The position numbers were made by a program, and so were the translations under genes. Source: Eledone cirrhosa (lineage: Eukaryota). From it: a stretch of DNA of 64,000 bases. Position 1 is the first letter of the stretch. Each line of letters starts with the position of its first letter. The stretch lies in the NCBI GenBank assembly GCA_964016885.1, contig CAXHJY010000492.1, positions 3,171 to 67,170 on the forward strand, written 5' to 3'. Below the pieces are notes generated by a model. The model searched no databases. It was not told the origin of the DNA and worked only from the letters and a program-made list of their open reading frames with translations. This document shows positions 30,042-41,833 of the stretch, piece by piece.

Positions 30042-33000
30042 ATGGATGTGTTAAGAGTAGGATGTTTGAATGCACGTGGCCTGGGCTCAACTTGGAAGCA
30101 AGCAAAGCTTCTAAATGACCTCAGGTCATGTAGTATAAATGTAATGGTTATCTGTGAGACTCGAATCAGCGTCGTGCGGCAGCTGGCCCCCACCTTCGAT
30201 GACTTTGAGGTGCATGCATCTCTCTGTCAACCTGGAGGTGGGGGTGGGGTTGTCGTACTGCTGCAAAAACACCTGGGTCTTGCCGTACAGGTTGTGCACT
30301 CGGACCCGGAGGGTCGTTTGTTGGTGCTAGACGTTGGCAGTAGTGAAAGTGCGGCCTTGAGACTGGTCGCCGTCTACTCCCCTTTCGGAGCTGAACGGCC
30401 CGACTTCTTCCAGCGTTTGGAGACTTTTCTGGGAACGTCGCGTTCCCTGCTTCTAGCGGGGGATTGGAATGACATCCTGGATGCACGTTGGGACTATGCA
30501 GGAGCATGTCCTAATAGAGGAGGGTGTAACAGCCTCAAGGGGTTACTCGACCGTTTTAACTTGGTCGATAGATATCGACTAGATTTTCCAACTGTGCCTA
30601 CCTGGACTTGGAGAAACCACAGTGGTCAATCTAGATCGTACTTAGATAGATTCTTAGTTAGAAGTAAGGATAGGGACATATTAAGCTGTTCAGAAATGCG
30701 CACGGTTGGCTACACGGATCACAAATTAGTGACCTGCGTTGTCAATCTCGAGAAAACACATAGACAGGGTCCCGGTTACTGGAAACTTAATTTGTCTTTA
30801 CCGGCAAAAGAGACTTACAGAAACCGGATTAGCAGATTAGTTAAGGAGAGGTTGACGGGTGCAATCGTCAACAACCGATGGTGGGCATCTCTCAAAAGAG
30901 AGATTAGAACAGAATCAATAAGTTATAGCAAGATGTTAGCTGCCGATAGGAATAGAAACGAGAAAGAATTAACAGGTAAATTAGAAGAGGCAATCAAGAG
31001 CGAAGATGTGGCCAGAGTGCTGGCATCGAGGACGGCCTTGAACCAGTTTTTCGATGCAAAGCACGAAGGCTGCGTCATTCGAAGTAAAATACGTGCTCTA
31101 GGTAATGAGGGGGCCAAAGCCGTTGGATGGGCCCGCGTGACAGAAGCTAAGAGTGGAAATCGATCCACCATCCGGTCGTTGCAAGACGAAGATGGACGGG
31201 TGATCCGGGAGCCTAAGCAGATGTGCGAGGCCTTTCAAAGGCACTTTGCCCGATTGTTCGGGGGAGGCGAGGGTCCAGGCGGGGGCGTGGATTTCGGTCC
31301 ATACCTCGACGGCCTGCCGCGTCTCTCGAACGAAGAGGCAGAGTCCTGCGAGGGACCAATCTCGGCTGATGAGATCGGAGATGCGCTGAGCCAATGCAGC
31401 AGACGCAAATCTCCAGGTCTCGATGGTATACCTTACGAACTTTATTTAGCAATGCCGGTCTTCTTCTCCGAACTCCTCGAAGCGGTCTACTGCAATTGGC
31501 AGCAGAACGGGAGAATTCCTTGTTCTGTAGCCAAGGGCGTAGTCACGCTGGTGAGGAAGGACGAGAACAAGGGGGATAATATAAATAATTTTCGGCCCAT
31601 AACCCTGCTAAACACAGAGTTAAAGATTTTGGCCAAGGTGTTAGCAAAGAGGTTGGCGCTTGTCGTGGGAGGCCTGGTGGGAGATGCGCAGACATGTGCT
31701 ATCCCATCCAGGTCCATTCACGATAACCTCCACCTCATGCGATACATCATAGAGAGGGTTGGCAACAAACCCGGCTTCGGTGGGGCCCTGATCAACTTAG
31801 ATCAGTCTAAGGCCTTCGATAGGGTCGACCATGGTTACCTGGATTCGGTGCTAGCGGCGGCTGGGTTCGGTCCTGTTTTCAGAGGCTGGATCACTGCCTT
31901 ACATAGCAACCACATCTGTTCTAGGATCAAGGTGAACGGCTACCTTTCGAAGCCGTTCGAAATCACACGATCCATTCGACAGGGGTTCCCTCTCTCCTCC
32001 CTTCTGTACGTATTGACTCTCGAGCCTTTACTGAGGAAGTTGGAGTTGTTGCAGGGTATCCCCCTGTAACCAGGATTGAGCAAAGCGGTGTCGGCCTACG
32101 CCGATGACGTAACAGTAATGGTATCGACCGACTCGGAGATCGAGGCGATCGGTACCTTACTGGAGGAGTACGAAAAGTTGTCAGGAGCGAAACTGAACCG
32201 GGAAAAATCCATCGGGCTGCAACTCGGAACGTGGAGAGGCAGACCGATGCCTCCTGACGGTGTCGTCGGACACTGGACGGAGGGCCCGGTAAAGTTGCTT
32301 GGGGTCTGGTTTGGACCGGACCTCCAGGTGGAAAAGAACTGGAACGAGGTTACGAACAAGGTGTTTGCACTAACCCAGAAATGGGCCAAGTGTAAGCTGT
32401 CCCTAAAAGGCCGGGCGGAGGTGGCGAACATTTACATAGCGTCTGTCACTTACTACCGCCTGACTGTCGTGCCTTGCCCTAAGGAAACACTCACCACCAT
32501 GGAACGCATGCTCTTCCAATTTCTTTGGAAGAAGCGTCCTCCTATGGTGAGAAGATCCATCTGCTGCCAACAACCTTCGAAAGGAGGGCTGGGGATGCCG
32601 TGGTTGATGATGCGTAGGCACGCATTAAGGCTACGGCACCTACAGGTATTCCTCACTGGTCAACCGGTGTGGGCTCCGTTCGTGAAACGAGCCTTTCCGA
32701 GACTCGTCTCGCTCACCGAGCTACAGTCCTGGGTCAAGCAAAGATCCGGAAAACTGGGAGACTGGCACACTGAGTGTGCTCAGGCGCTCAGAGCTCTCTG
32801 GCAAGCGGGCCAGGCCATCGGTGGAGAATCCACCTCAGCATTCTATAGAGGGCTGGTGGCTAGCAGGGGCGATGACACCCTTGGAGAGTCGCTGGACATG
32901 GAAGAGGACGAACTGGCCAGCCTGTTCGGTAGGACTTTCGGCCCAGGACCAATGGACAACTTCCAGAAGTCACTGGCCTGGCAGTGCTACCGGGGGGCTC

Positions 33001-33479
33001 TACCCGTTCGAGAGAGGCTCTACAGACACGGGCGCCCGGGCAGGGATCCCTCAAAAAAGATTTGCCCTAGATGCGTGCGTCACGAAGAAACCGTTGCGCA
33101 CGCATTGGTGCAATGTCCGGGCGTGGCTGATCTGTGGGGCTACGCCGAACAACTGCTGTCGCGGGTGGCGCCGATTAAATTGACCGCCGAGTCCGTGATG
33201 ACAATCAAACCGCCTCCCCTCTTCACAAAGGAAGCAAAGGCGGTTTTTCTGTGCGTAATAGCCATGTTGAAAGAGGTTGTTTGGTGGACACGATTGAAAG
33301 GTCTGAGGTCAGGCAACTTCCTCTCTGGCCATAGTCTGGTCTACTTCTTCCGATATCACTTCGGAAGAAGGATAAGAATGGAGAGAGAGGTGCTTGGCCA
33401 CAGGCAGTTTTATGAAAGGTGGGTGATAGTGGCGAGAATGGCTCGTGTAAATGGGCCTTCTCTGTATACCATCCTGTAG
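30042..33479 (+). pseudogene. LINE ORF2 (APE endonuclease, RT, CCHC) broken by one in-frame TAA at 32067-32069
   Basis: LNARGL, ICET, AGDWN, SYLDRF, TDHKLV, SPGLDG, NFRPITLLN, DQSKAFDRV, RQGFPLS, AYADD, CPRC-X8-H-X4-C. The two track ORFs are in the same frame. Confidence 0.93.
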
Positions 33480-33694
33480 GTAAAGAAGTAAAGGAGAGGG
33501 GAGCACCTTCTCCATGTGCTCCCCGGGCAAAGGATTGCACACTTTTTCGGGGGGGTGTGCAACCCCCATCACGTCCCCTCCCTTTTGAGGTTATTTTCGA
33601 TTATTTTCATGTTACACCCTTTTTACTCGATTATATGTAAACTCCCCCTTTGTATTTGTCCCTTCTTTTTATGCCTTTATGGTAAATAAAGAAA

Positions 33695-33744
<50 letters not shown>

Positions 33745-33782
33745 AGACACACCACAACAGAAACACAAACCATCCATCTCAC

Positions 33783-33829
33783 TTTTACTCTTTTGATAAT
33801 CATAAGAACTGTGAAACCGGTAAAGTAAA
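33783..33829 (+). ncRNA. Minimal hammerhead motif with a U3:A8 core in a roughly 135-bp module between (TA)n tracts
   Basis: TTTACTCTT, TTGATAA (33793), TCATAAGAACTGT, GAAA (33813), CCGG, TA, AAGTAAA. Stem II is weak. Confidence 0.55.
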
Positions 33830-33875
33830 TAAATATTCTTAAAAGACTCCAGTTGCATTTTCAAATTCTTTTCCT

Positions 33876-33906
<31 letters not shown>

Positions 33907-34040
33907 CGTCCTTGCCTCTATCTTTACTACGGCCCTTGATAAACCTGTTCTACATCATCCACTCTCATCCCAGGAACAGTCTTTGATAGCGCTAGTTTGT
34001 GATTTAAATTCAGGAATTTTATATTCTTTGAGTGTAAAGA

Positions 34041-34124
34041 ACCTTCTGACGAGAATCTCTCTTTGCAACGAGGGCCGTATGGCCTACGTTTTATTTTTGG
34101 GATTCGAAACCGATCGGTAAAGGT
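34041..34124 (+). ncRNA. Canonical type I hammerhead ribozyme, copy 1
   Basis: ACCTT, CTGACGA (34046), GAATCTC..GGGATTC, GAAA (34106), CCGATCGG, TA (cut after 34119), AAGGT. Confidence 0.88.
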
Positions 34125-34523
34125 AACTATAGTAGGTAAAGTCAATTTTTTAAAATTTATTTTGAAACTTTTTCATTATTTACTAAACCTTGTTTATATT
34201 TGTTCTGGCTCGTTAATTTATTAACCCGCCATTGAACCACACTGGCACTTGGTTGGACAATACATGCGTACCTTGGCGCCTTGTGCGTGAAAGGACGTAT
34301 TTCATATTACTACTACCTCCACAAACGTTGAGAACAAACCGGGTCATTCCGACTGCTGCTGATAACAGCGGTGGCTAGTTTGACCTACCTCCTTTTGCCT
34401 CTATCTTTACTACGGCCCTTGATAAACCTGTTCTACATCATCCACTCTCATCCCAGGAACAGTCTTTGATAGCGCTAGTTTGTGATTTAAATTCAGGAAT
34501 TTTATATTCTTTGAGTGTAAAGA

Positions 34524-34607
34524 ACCTTCTGACGAGAATCTCTCTTTGCAACGAGGGCCGTATGGCCTACGTTTTATTTTTGGGATTCGAAACCGATCGG
34601 TAAAGGT
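34524..34607 (+). ncRNA. Canonical type I hammerhead ribozyme, copy 2
   Basis: Identical to copy 1; predicted cut after 34602. Confidence 0.88.
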
Positions 34608-34703
34608 AACTATAGTAGGTAAAGTCAATTTTTTAAAATTTATTTTGAAACTTTTTCATTATTTACTAAACCTTGTTTATATATATATATATATATATAT
34701 ATA

Positions 34704-35433
34704 CAGGGTGTCCCAAAAGATGTGTACATACTTTGATTACCTGTACAGGCAATATTTATTAGAATGCACAGCCATTCCCAAAAATAAAATTATCTACGAA
34801 CATAATTCAATTGTATGTAAACACCCAAAAATGTTTACATGATTTAAATAATTGTTTCTAGTTTTGGCACAAGGCCAGCAATACCCCCAGTGCATTACTG
34901 GTACTTTGTTTTATCGACCCCGTAAGAATGAAAGGCAAAGCTAACCCCGGCGGGATTTGAACTCAGGCCGTAAAGGGCCATAACTCTATGCTGCAAAGCA
35001 TAGCATCCAACCCTCTACTGATACTGCCAATCCACCGCCCTTAATTTAAATAATTGTTTCTACTTTTGGCACAAGGCCAGCAATTACCGAGTACATTACT
35101 GGTACTTTATTTTATCGACCCCGTAAGGATGAAAGGCAGAGTCAACCTAGGTGGGATTTGAACTCAGATCGTAAAGGGACGTAACTACGCTGGAAAGCAA
35201 TAATTGTTTCTACTATTGGCACAAGGCCAGAAATTACCCAGTACATTACTGGTACTTTATTTTATCGACCCCGTAAGGATGAAAGGCAAAGTTAACCTCG
35301 GCGGGATTTGAACTCAGAATGGCAAGGGCCGTAACTCTATGCGTCAAAGCATGGCGTCATGCATATAAAACAGAATCTATTTTAATGCATTTTTTTGCTG
35401 TTGAAGTGTGTATACATTTTTTGGGATACCCTG
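34704..35433. mobile_element. Tc1/mariner-type MITE containing three nested SINEs
   Basis: ta|CAGGGTGTCCCAAAA at the left end and TTTTGGGATACCCTG|ta at the right end. Confidence 0.8.
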
Positions 35434-36169
35434 TATATATATTTGTTTGGTTACTTTTCTGTTGAACAATTGTTCACTATAGTTCCACATTACGGGGTCG
35501 ATAAAATAAAGTACCAGTAATGCACTGGGTAATTGCTGGCCTTGTGCCAAAAGTAGAAACAATTATTATTACTACTTTGGAAAGCGGGGTGGACTGGAAG
35601 AATCGGTAGTGTCGGACAAAATGCTTTAATGTTTTTAGTGACGATTTTCTACGTTCTGAGTTCAAATCCCACCGAGGTCAACTTTGCCTGCTATCCTTCA
35701 GAGATCGACAAAATAAAGTACCAGCTATGTACTGGAGTCGATATTATCGAATTTCCTCCCAATTACTGGCCTTGTGCCTAAATTAAAAGCTATTATTGCT
35801 ACTTTGGTTCTTTTAGTTTCACGGCCTCAGTGTGAGTGTGTCTGTGAAACATATACATATACACCAGGTCCGAACACAAAGGAACCAAACTCCCACTGTC
35901 ACTGCCTCCGTCTCTCCTCATCTCTCACTATTATGAGCAAATGGGGGGGGGCACGCGCTGGCCACGGCGCACAGAATAGAGAAGGCGTTTCCCCAGAGAA
36001 GGATAACGAGGGAGACGCGCTGGAAGAGCCATTCCAGCTCGCGAGACTCACCTGCGGGTGGAAGCCACAGACAGTGTCGTGCCTGTCAGAATGTTGAGTA
36101 TCTCTGACTTACTGAGAACGCTGATAAGCACCTCACTCTCTGTTGTAAGAACAATCGTTTTATATGATA

Positions 36170-36400
36170 TCCTTGGCCCTAGGGCTACCTCCCTACTTAC
36201 CACCATAGGCGCTGAGCTGGCTAGCCGGCGTGAGCCTTATGAGATGGAATGGTTCTTCCAGCGCATCTCCCTTACCATCCTCCGGGGAAACGCCTTCTCC
36301 ATTCTGTCCGCCGGGGCTGTGGGGTGACCAGCACGTGAGACCCCATTTCCTCATAATACAGAGAGATGGGGAGGGCGAGAGAGATAGGGGTGATGACTGT
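36170..36400 (+). mobile_element. 3' tip of an RLE-type (CRE-like) non-LTR retrotransposon; related inverted fragment at about 35900-36060
   Basis: LGPRATSLL...WFFQRISLTILRGNAFSIL motif. Confidence 0.65.
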
Positions 36401-36529
36401 GGGAGTTCGGCTCTTCCGTATTCGGACACATTTATCAATTCTATGTTGCTGTTGATACTTAAATAATTTTTTAAAAAAAACAACATCCTTGAAACTGTGT
36501 TAAGAATGTTCTTTTAGTTTGTACAACCC

Positions 36530-37990
36530 AAATACGTCTGTGTGTGAGAGTATATGTGTGTGTATGTTTGACAGTGTGAAATACGTCTGTGTGTGAGAGT
36601 ATATGTGTGTGTATGTTTGACAGTGTGAAATACGTCTGTGTGTGTATGTTTGACAGTGTGAAATACGTCTGTGTGTGAGAGTATATGTGTGTGTATGTTT
36701 GACAGTGTGAAATACGTCTGTGTGTGTATGTTTGACAGTGTGAAATACGTCTGTGTGTGAGAGTATATGTGTGTGTATGTTTGACAGTGTGAAATACGTC
36801 TGTGTGTGTATGTTTGACAGTGTGAAATACGTCTGTGTGTGAGAGTATATGTGTGTGTATGTTTGACAGTGTGAAATACGTCTGTGTGTGAGAGTATATG
36901 TGTGTGTATGTTTGACAGTGTGAAATACGTCTGTGTGTGAGAGTATATGTGTGTGTACGTTTGACAGTGTGAAATACGTCTGTGTGTGAGAGTATATGTG
37001 TGTGTATGTTTGACAGTGTGAAATACGTCTGTGTGTGAGAGTATATGTGTGTGTATGTTTGACAGTGTGAAATACGTCTGTGTGTGAGAGTATATGTGTG
37101 TGTATGTTTGACAGTGTGAAATACGTCTGTGTGTGTATGTTTGACAGTGTGAAATACGTCTGTGTGTGAGAGTATATGTGTGTGTATGTTTGACAGTGTG
37201 AAATACGTCTGTGTGTGTATGTTTGACAGTGTGAAATACGTCTGTGTGTGAGAGTATATGTGTGTGTATGTTTGACAGTGTGAAATACGTCTGTGTGTGT
37301 ATGTTTGACAGTGTGAAATACGTCTGTGTGTGAGAGTATATGTGTGTGTATGTTTGACAGTGTGAAATACGTCTGTGTGTGTATGTTTGACAGTGTGAAA
37401 TACGTCTGTGTGTGAGAGTATATGTGTGTGTATGTTTGACAGTGTGAAATACGTCTGTGTGTGAGAGTATATGTGTGTGTATGTTTGACAGTGTGAAATA
37501 CGTCTGTGTGTGAGAGTATATGTGTGTGTATGTTTGACAGTGTGAAATACGTCTGTGTGTGAGAGTATATGTGTGTGTATGTTTGACAGTGTGAAATACG
37601 TCTGTGTGTGAGAGTATATGTGTGTGTATGTTTGACAGTGTGAAATACGTCTGTGTGTGAGAGTATATGTGTGTGTATGTTTGACAGTGTGAAATACGTC
37701 TGTGTGTGAGAGTATATGTGTGTGTATGTTTGACAGTGTGAAATACGTCTGTGTGTGAGAGTATATGTGTGTGTGTTTGACAGTGTGAAATACGTCTGTG
37801 TGTGAGAGTATATGTGTGTGTATGTTTGACAGTGTGAAATACGTCTGTGTGTGAGAGTATATGTGTGTGTATGTTTGACAGTGTGAAATACGTCTGTGTG
37901 TGAGAGTATATGTGTGTGTACGTTTGACAGTGTGAAATACGTCTGTGTGTGAGAGTATATGTGTGTGTATGTTTGACAGTGAGAAACGTC
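36530..37990. repeat. Minisatellite of 49-bp units mixed with 33-bp deletion variants
   Basis: Unit AATACGTCTGTGTGTG[AGAGTATATGTGTGTG]TATGTTTGACAGTGTGA, roughly 30 copies. Confidence 0.95.
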
Positions 37991-38303
37991 AGCATTTAGA
38001 TTTGTAATAATAGGAATTCAAAATATCTCATCCGATTCACCGGATTCATTACATGTGGGTGGTAAGGGTTCTTGCATCGAACACAGAATGTAAAATAAAT
38101 CCAGTCAATCAGGCGAGATATTTTCATTTTCTTCATTCGAAATCTATTGTTAATGAACGATACCCAATATATATATATATAAATTTTTTTTTTTTCAGTA
38201 TATGCTGGTTGTTTACTGACACGTCAGTGTGCAGATTGAAGCATTCGACGAAGTACGCAGGTTGGTTTGTATACTTCGGAGTAATGTAAAATAAGTAAGT
38301 CAA

Positions 38304-38786
38304 ATATGTAAAATTTGGCTTCGTTTATTATAAATTTACTGCTATATATATATTTCGGTGACAGCCATCATTGGCTGTGACCTCTTCAGGCAGTCCGAAT
38401 ATTTTGACACACAGGTTTTTTGTATTTTACACTCCACTTTTACCTCATTTGTTTTTAAAACGCACCCACCTTTTGTTAGACTGCGTGGACGTAAATAGGT
38501 AAATAGATGAATGCACCGAGCCTGTCTTTATACGTATGCACGCACAACGGTGCGAGCTGACAGACAATCACACGTACGTACTCTATGATAAAATAAGAAT
38601 TGTAATTCTTTACACTTCTCGATACTGACACACAGGTTTTCTATTTCGGTTTATATTTTTCAAAATTTTTTATATTGGTTGTAACACACGCATTCATTAT
38701 TTGACTGCCTGGAGAGGTCACAGTCACCGAAATATATATAGCAGTAAATTTATAATTTATAATAAACGAAGCCAAATTTTACATAT
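38304..38786. mobile_element. Element with inverted termini, each containing an outward-facing hammerhead
   Basis: ATATGTAAAATTTGGCTTCGTTTATTATAAATTTACTGC at the left end is mirrored by GCAGTAAATTTATAA..TAAACGAAGCCAAATTTTACATAT at the right end. Confidence 0.8.
38338..38394 (-). ncRNA. Canonical type I hammerhead ribozyme
   Basis: Minus strand: ACTGC, CTGAAGA, GGTCACAGCCA/TGGCTGTCACC, GAAA, TATATATA, TA, GCAGT. Confidence 0.85.
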
Positions 38787-38792
38787 ATATAT

Positions 38793-38918
38793 ATTGTTTC
38801 CGAAGAATACGGTCTGATCGAACCTATATATGAAATCTGATAATATACAGTTATATAACTGTTATAGATTAGTCAATATGTCAATATGATCAACCCTCCG
38901 AAACGATCGTAAAACAAT
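38793..38918 (+). ncRNA. Hammerhead motif with a CCGAAGA core and a 93-nt stem II domain
   Basis: ATTGTTT, CCGAAGA (38800), 93-nt insert, GAAA (38900), CGATCG, TA, AAACAAT. Stem I is a perfect 7 bp; the base of stem II is irregular. Confidence 0.6.
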
Positions 38919-40627
38919 GATATGAATAGGTAAAATAACTTGACTGTTATTATTATTTTCATTGTTAAATTAATATCATATATACATATATGTATATATT
39001 TATATATATATATATATATACATATATATTAGAAATTGAACAACACAAAATATAACTACACCATTACCAAAGGTTTCTGGATGACAGACGATAATAATAT
39101 TCGTCTGGATCGGTCGTCAGAGTTGCTATGTTTCCTTCGGAATTACCTAAACACATATATATATATGCACGTGTGTGCGTTGTTCAGGGCTACGGTCTTA
39201 GATTTGACTTAACTGACACTCTTTCACACCACCGTATCTTTTCAAATTTGCTCAAAACATAGTTCACGCTTAATACTTTCGGAAAGTTTCATGGGACATA
39301 ACTCTTAAAGGAAACGTTAATGAGTTATCTCCACTATATTTTAAAATTTATATATTTATACTTTATTAAAGCTAAGTGATGAGTCTTGTTACTCTGGAGT
39401 CCCACCTTGTATTCACTGGATCATCAGACAAGACAAGCGCCATGTCTGATAATCCTGTGATTTTTTTTTTCTCAAATTCACGCCTTATTCACAGCTGTAT
39501 AAATAACATAACGAATTATAATTCTTACAGAATGAAAATACACACACAAATAAAAAAAAAAATACAATACTTAATTACATAAATATTTCACATAAAAATA
39601 TAAATATAAAATCAAAGTGAAAGAAAATGTTAATTTAACACTAAATCATGTGTATCAGATGGACACGGATGCTTCAGACAGGACCCACTGGAGGGAGTGT
39701 CTCAGGATTAAGTGGGCAAAGAAGAAGAAGAAGAAGACAAAATAGAATTAAAGTAAACATTAATGTTCCTTTAAAAAACATTTACTTTGTCAGGTTAGCT
39801 TTGTCTTTCATCCTTACAGAGTCGATATGATAAAGTACCAGTAATGCACTGAGGTTGATTTAATCAGCATACTAATTCTCTTCAAATTGCTGGCCTTGTG
39901 CTAAATGTAGAAACAATTATTGTTGAAGTTATTATTGTTGTTTAGGTCAGCCTTTACTGAGAAAATCAGTTATGGGTGAAAAGCATCTAGACATGGCTAT
40001 CTCATTTCTTCCTATTAAATAAGAGGCATTCCCTATTATTTTAAAATATATTTTCAGAACTGTATTGAAAAGAAACAGAACAATTTCTCATAACAGATAA
40101 TATTCACAAATCTCCTACTTCATATTAAAATATATTGTAAAAAAATGTTTCCTTTACATTTAACCTTTTAGCATTTACATTATTCTATATTTACTACTGT
40201 ATTTTCACGGTAAACAATTAATTTCACATAATTACATCACATAATATCAAATCTATGAGATTTTGAAATTATTTATTTTGAGAACAATACCTTAACATAA
40301 GTATGAGTGGCCGGTTACAGCTGATTTGAACGGAAAGAGGTGAGAGAATTCTGGCAGGATGCAGCCAGTTTAAATGCTAAACATTGAAAGATTAACCCCA
40401 AACTGGTACTCATCTTTATCCAACTTCTTATGACACAAATGAAATAAATTTGGTTTACAATACTATTCAGTAGCCAACAATGAAATAAAGTGAAACAGAA
40501 AGATCCAAGAAAACTAGTGATTATCTGTAAATTAAGTATATAAAGTTTGTAAAGTATATTATTTTGCCATGAGAAAGAGACATTTCACATTTCAGGCAGA
40601 ACACTTTGTCAAAGACCCTCCCTACCT

Positions 40628-40841
40628 TAACCCTTTAGCATTTACATTACTCTGCTAACATATTTTCATGGTAAAGACTTTATTTCACATAATATGGGAT
40701 CTATGAGATTTTGATGATGTTATTATTTGTCATGAGAACAATACCTTAATGTCAGTATGAGTGGCTAGTTATGGCCGGTTTGAACAGAAAGAGTTGAGAG
40801 AATTCTGGCCAGATATAGCCATTTAAATGCTAAAGGATTAA
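40628..40841. mobile_element. piggyBac-type MITE (further copies at about 40160-40382 and 61334-61542)
   Basis: ttaa|CCCTTTAGCATTTA at the left end and TAAATGCTAAAGGA|ttaa at the right end. Confidence 0.8.
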
Positions 40842-40900
40842 ACATTAGACGTTTTTTTCTATGGCAAAATAGAAAAATAATTAAGTTACATTAACTAAAT

Positions 40901-41283
40901 GGAGGCATATGGCTTAGTGGGTAGAGCATTGGCCTTGCAATCGAAAGGTTGTGAGTTCAATTCTCAGACCGGGTGATGTGTTGTTTCCTTGAGCAAGACA
41001 CTTTATTTCACATTGCTCCAGTTTACTCAGCTGTAGAAATGAAATGATAGGGACTGGGGTCCATATCATTCCACTGTAGAGTGGTTGTGGAGGTGCCACG
41101 GCAAAAAAGCACCCAGCCCACACTGTAAAGTGAACGTGTAGGCGCCACGGAAAAAAAGCACCCAGCACTCACTGTAAATGAGGTTGGTGTTAAGAAGGGC
41201 ATCCAGCTGTAGAAATCAAGCCAGAATCAGTTCCTGTCCCACCCTTGCAAGCAGGGAAAAGCGGGCGTAAAATGAAATGATGA
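40901..41283 (+). mobile_element. tRNA-derived SINE with an RTE-derived 3' tail
   Basis: tRNA-like head; tail CACTGTAAATGAGGTTGGTGTTAAGAAGGGCATCCAGCTGTAGAAA matches the RTE 3' UTR at 47970-48016. Confidence 0.85.
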
Positions 41284-41833
41284 AACCAATCTTAGAATGA
41301 ATATCTATCAAAATAATTCACTAAATAAAAAATAAAATGGTAAATTCTTTTATCATTCATCGTTTTTTTATGCTTTTCTGTGGTTGTTTGGGTTAGATGA
41401 GTTCACTCCAATAGAGCTTCTGTCCATTTTTCCATATCCTGTGTCATCTCCTTTCTGAGTTTTAGCATCCTGGTTGGCTTTCATTTCTGCCCTTGTCTTC
41501 CTTTGTCTTTCTCATCAGCAGCTGCCTTCCACTTGAAACATCTGGAACTTCTTCACTCAATGATCATCATCCATATGCAAAATATATCCATACCAGTGCA
41601 GCCTTCTCTTCTACACACATCTCATTCCTCATATACCCAGTTTTTCTTTCAGTTCATCCATGCTTCATCATTAATGCACACTGACATTACACATACAAAA
41701 GAACATGCTTCGTTTGTTTTTCTTCATATCATTCACAATTTTGAAGTACCATTTTTGTATTTTAAGGAGAATCATCATTTCAAAAATAAGATATTTAACT
41801 AAAGAAAGCTTCTTTTGCAAATACTTTATTCGA

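Larger units (their letters stand above)
27875..33696 (+). mobile_element. Near full-length L1/Tx1-clade non-LTR retrotransposon
   Basis: Two-ORF layout, structured UTRs, AATAAA at 33685, (TA)n on both flanks. The 5' boundary is approximate. Confidence 0.92.
33897..34682 (+). mobile_element. Non-coding retrozyme-like or non-autonomous Penelope-type element: two 288-bp direct repeats, each with a hammerhead
   Basis: 33912-34199 matches 34395-34682 (offset 483); unique 195-bp spacer; (TA)n on both sides. Confidence 0.85.

Noticed and set aside
32076-33479. A separate third LINE ORF
   Set aside because: In frame with ORF2; it is the RT C-terminal half after one stop codon.
28046-33572. Antisense and overlapping ORFs within the LINE
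   Set aside because: Shadow frames with no recognisable motifs.
33927-34628. Duplicated 72-aa minus-strand ORFs
   Set aside because: Antisense to the hammerhead repeat, with a non-ATG start and no protein motif.
36570-36590. Hammerhead-like TTGACAG-TGT-GAAATACGTC in the minisatellite unit
   Set aside because: No stem I or stem II can form, and A9 is missing.
36514-37995. 493-aa ORF, or a CRISPR-like array
   Set aside because: A minisatellite with no unique spacers, no cas genes and a eukaryotic context.
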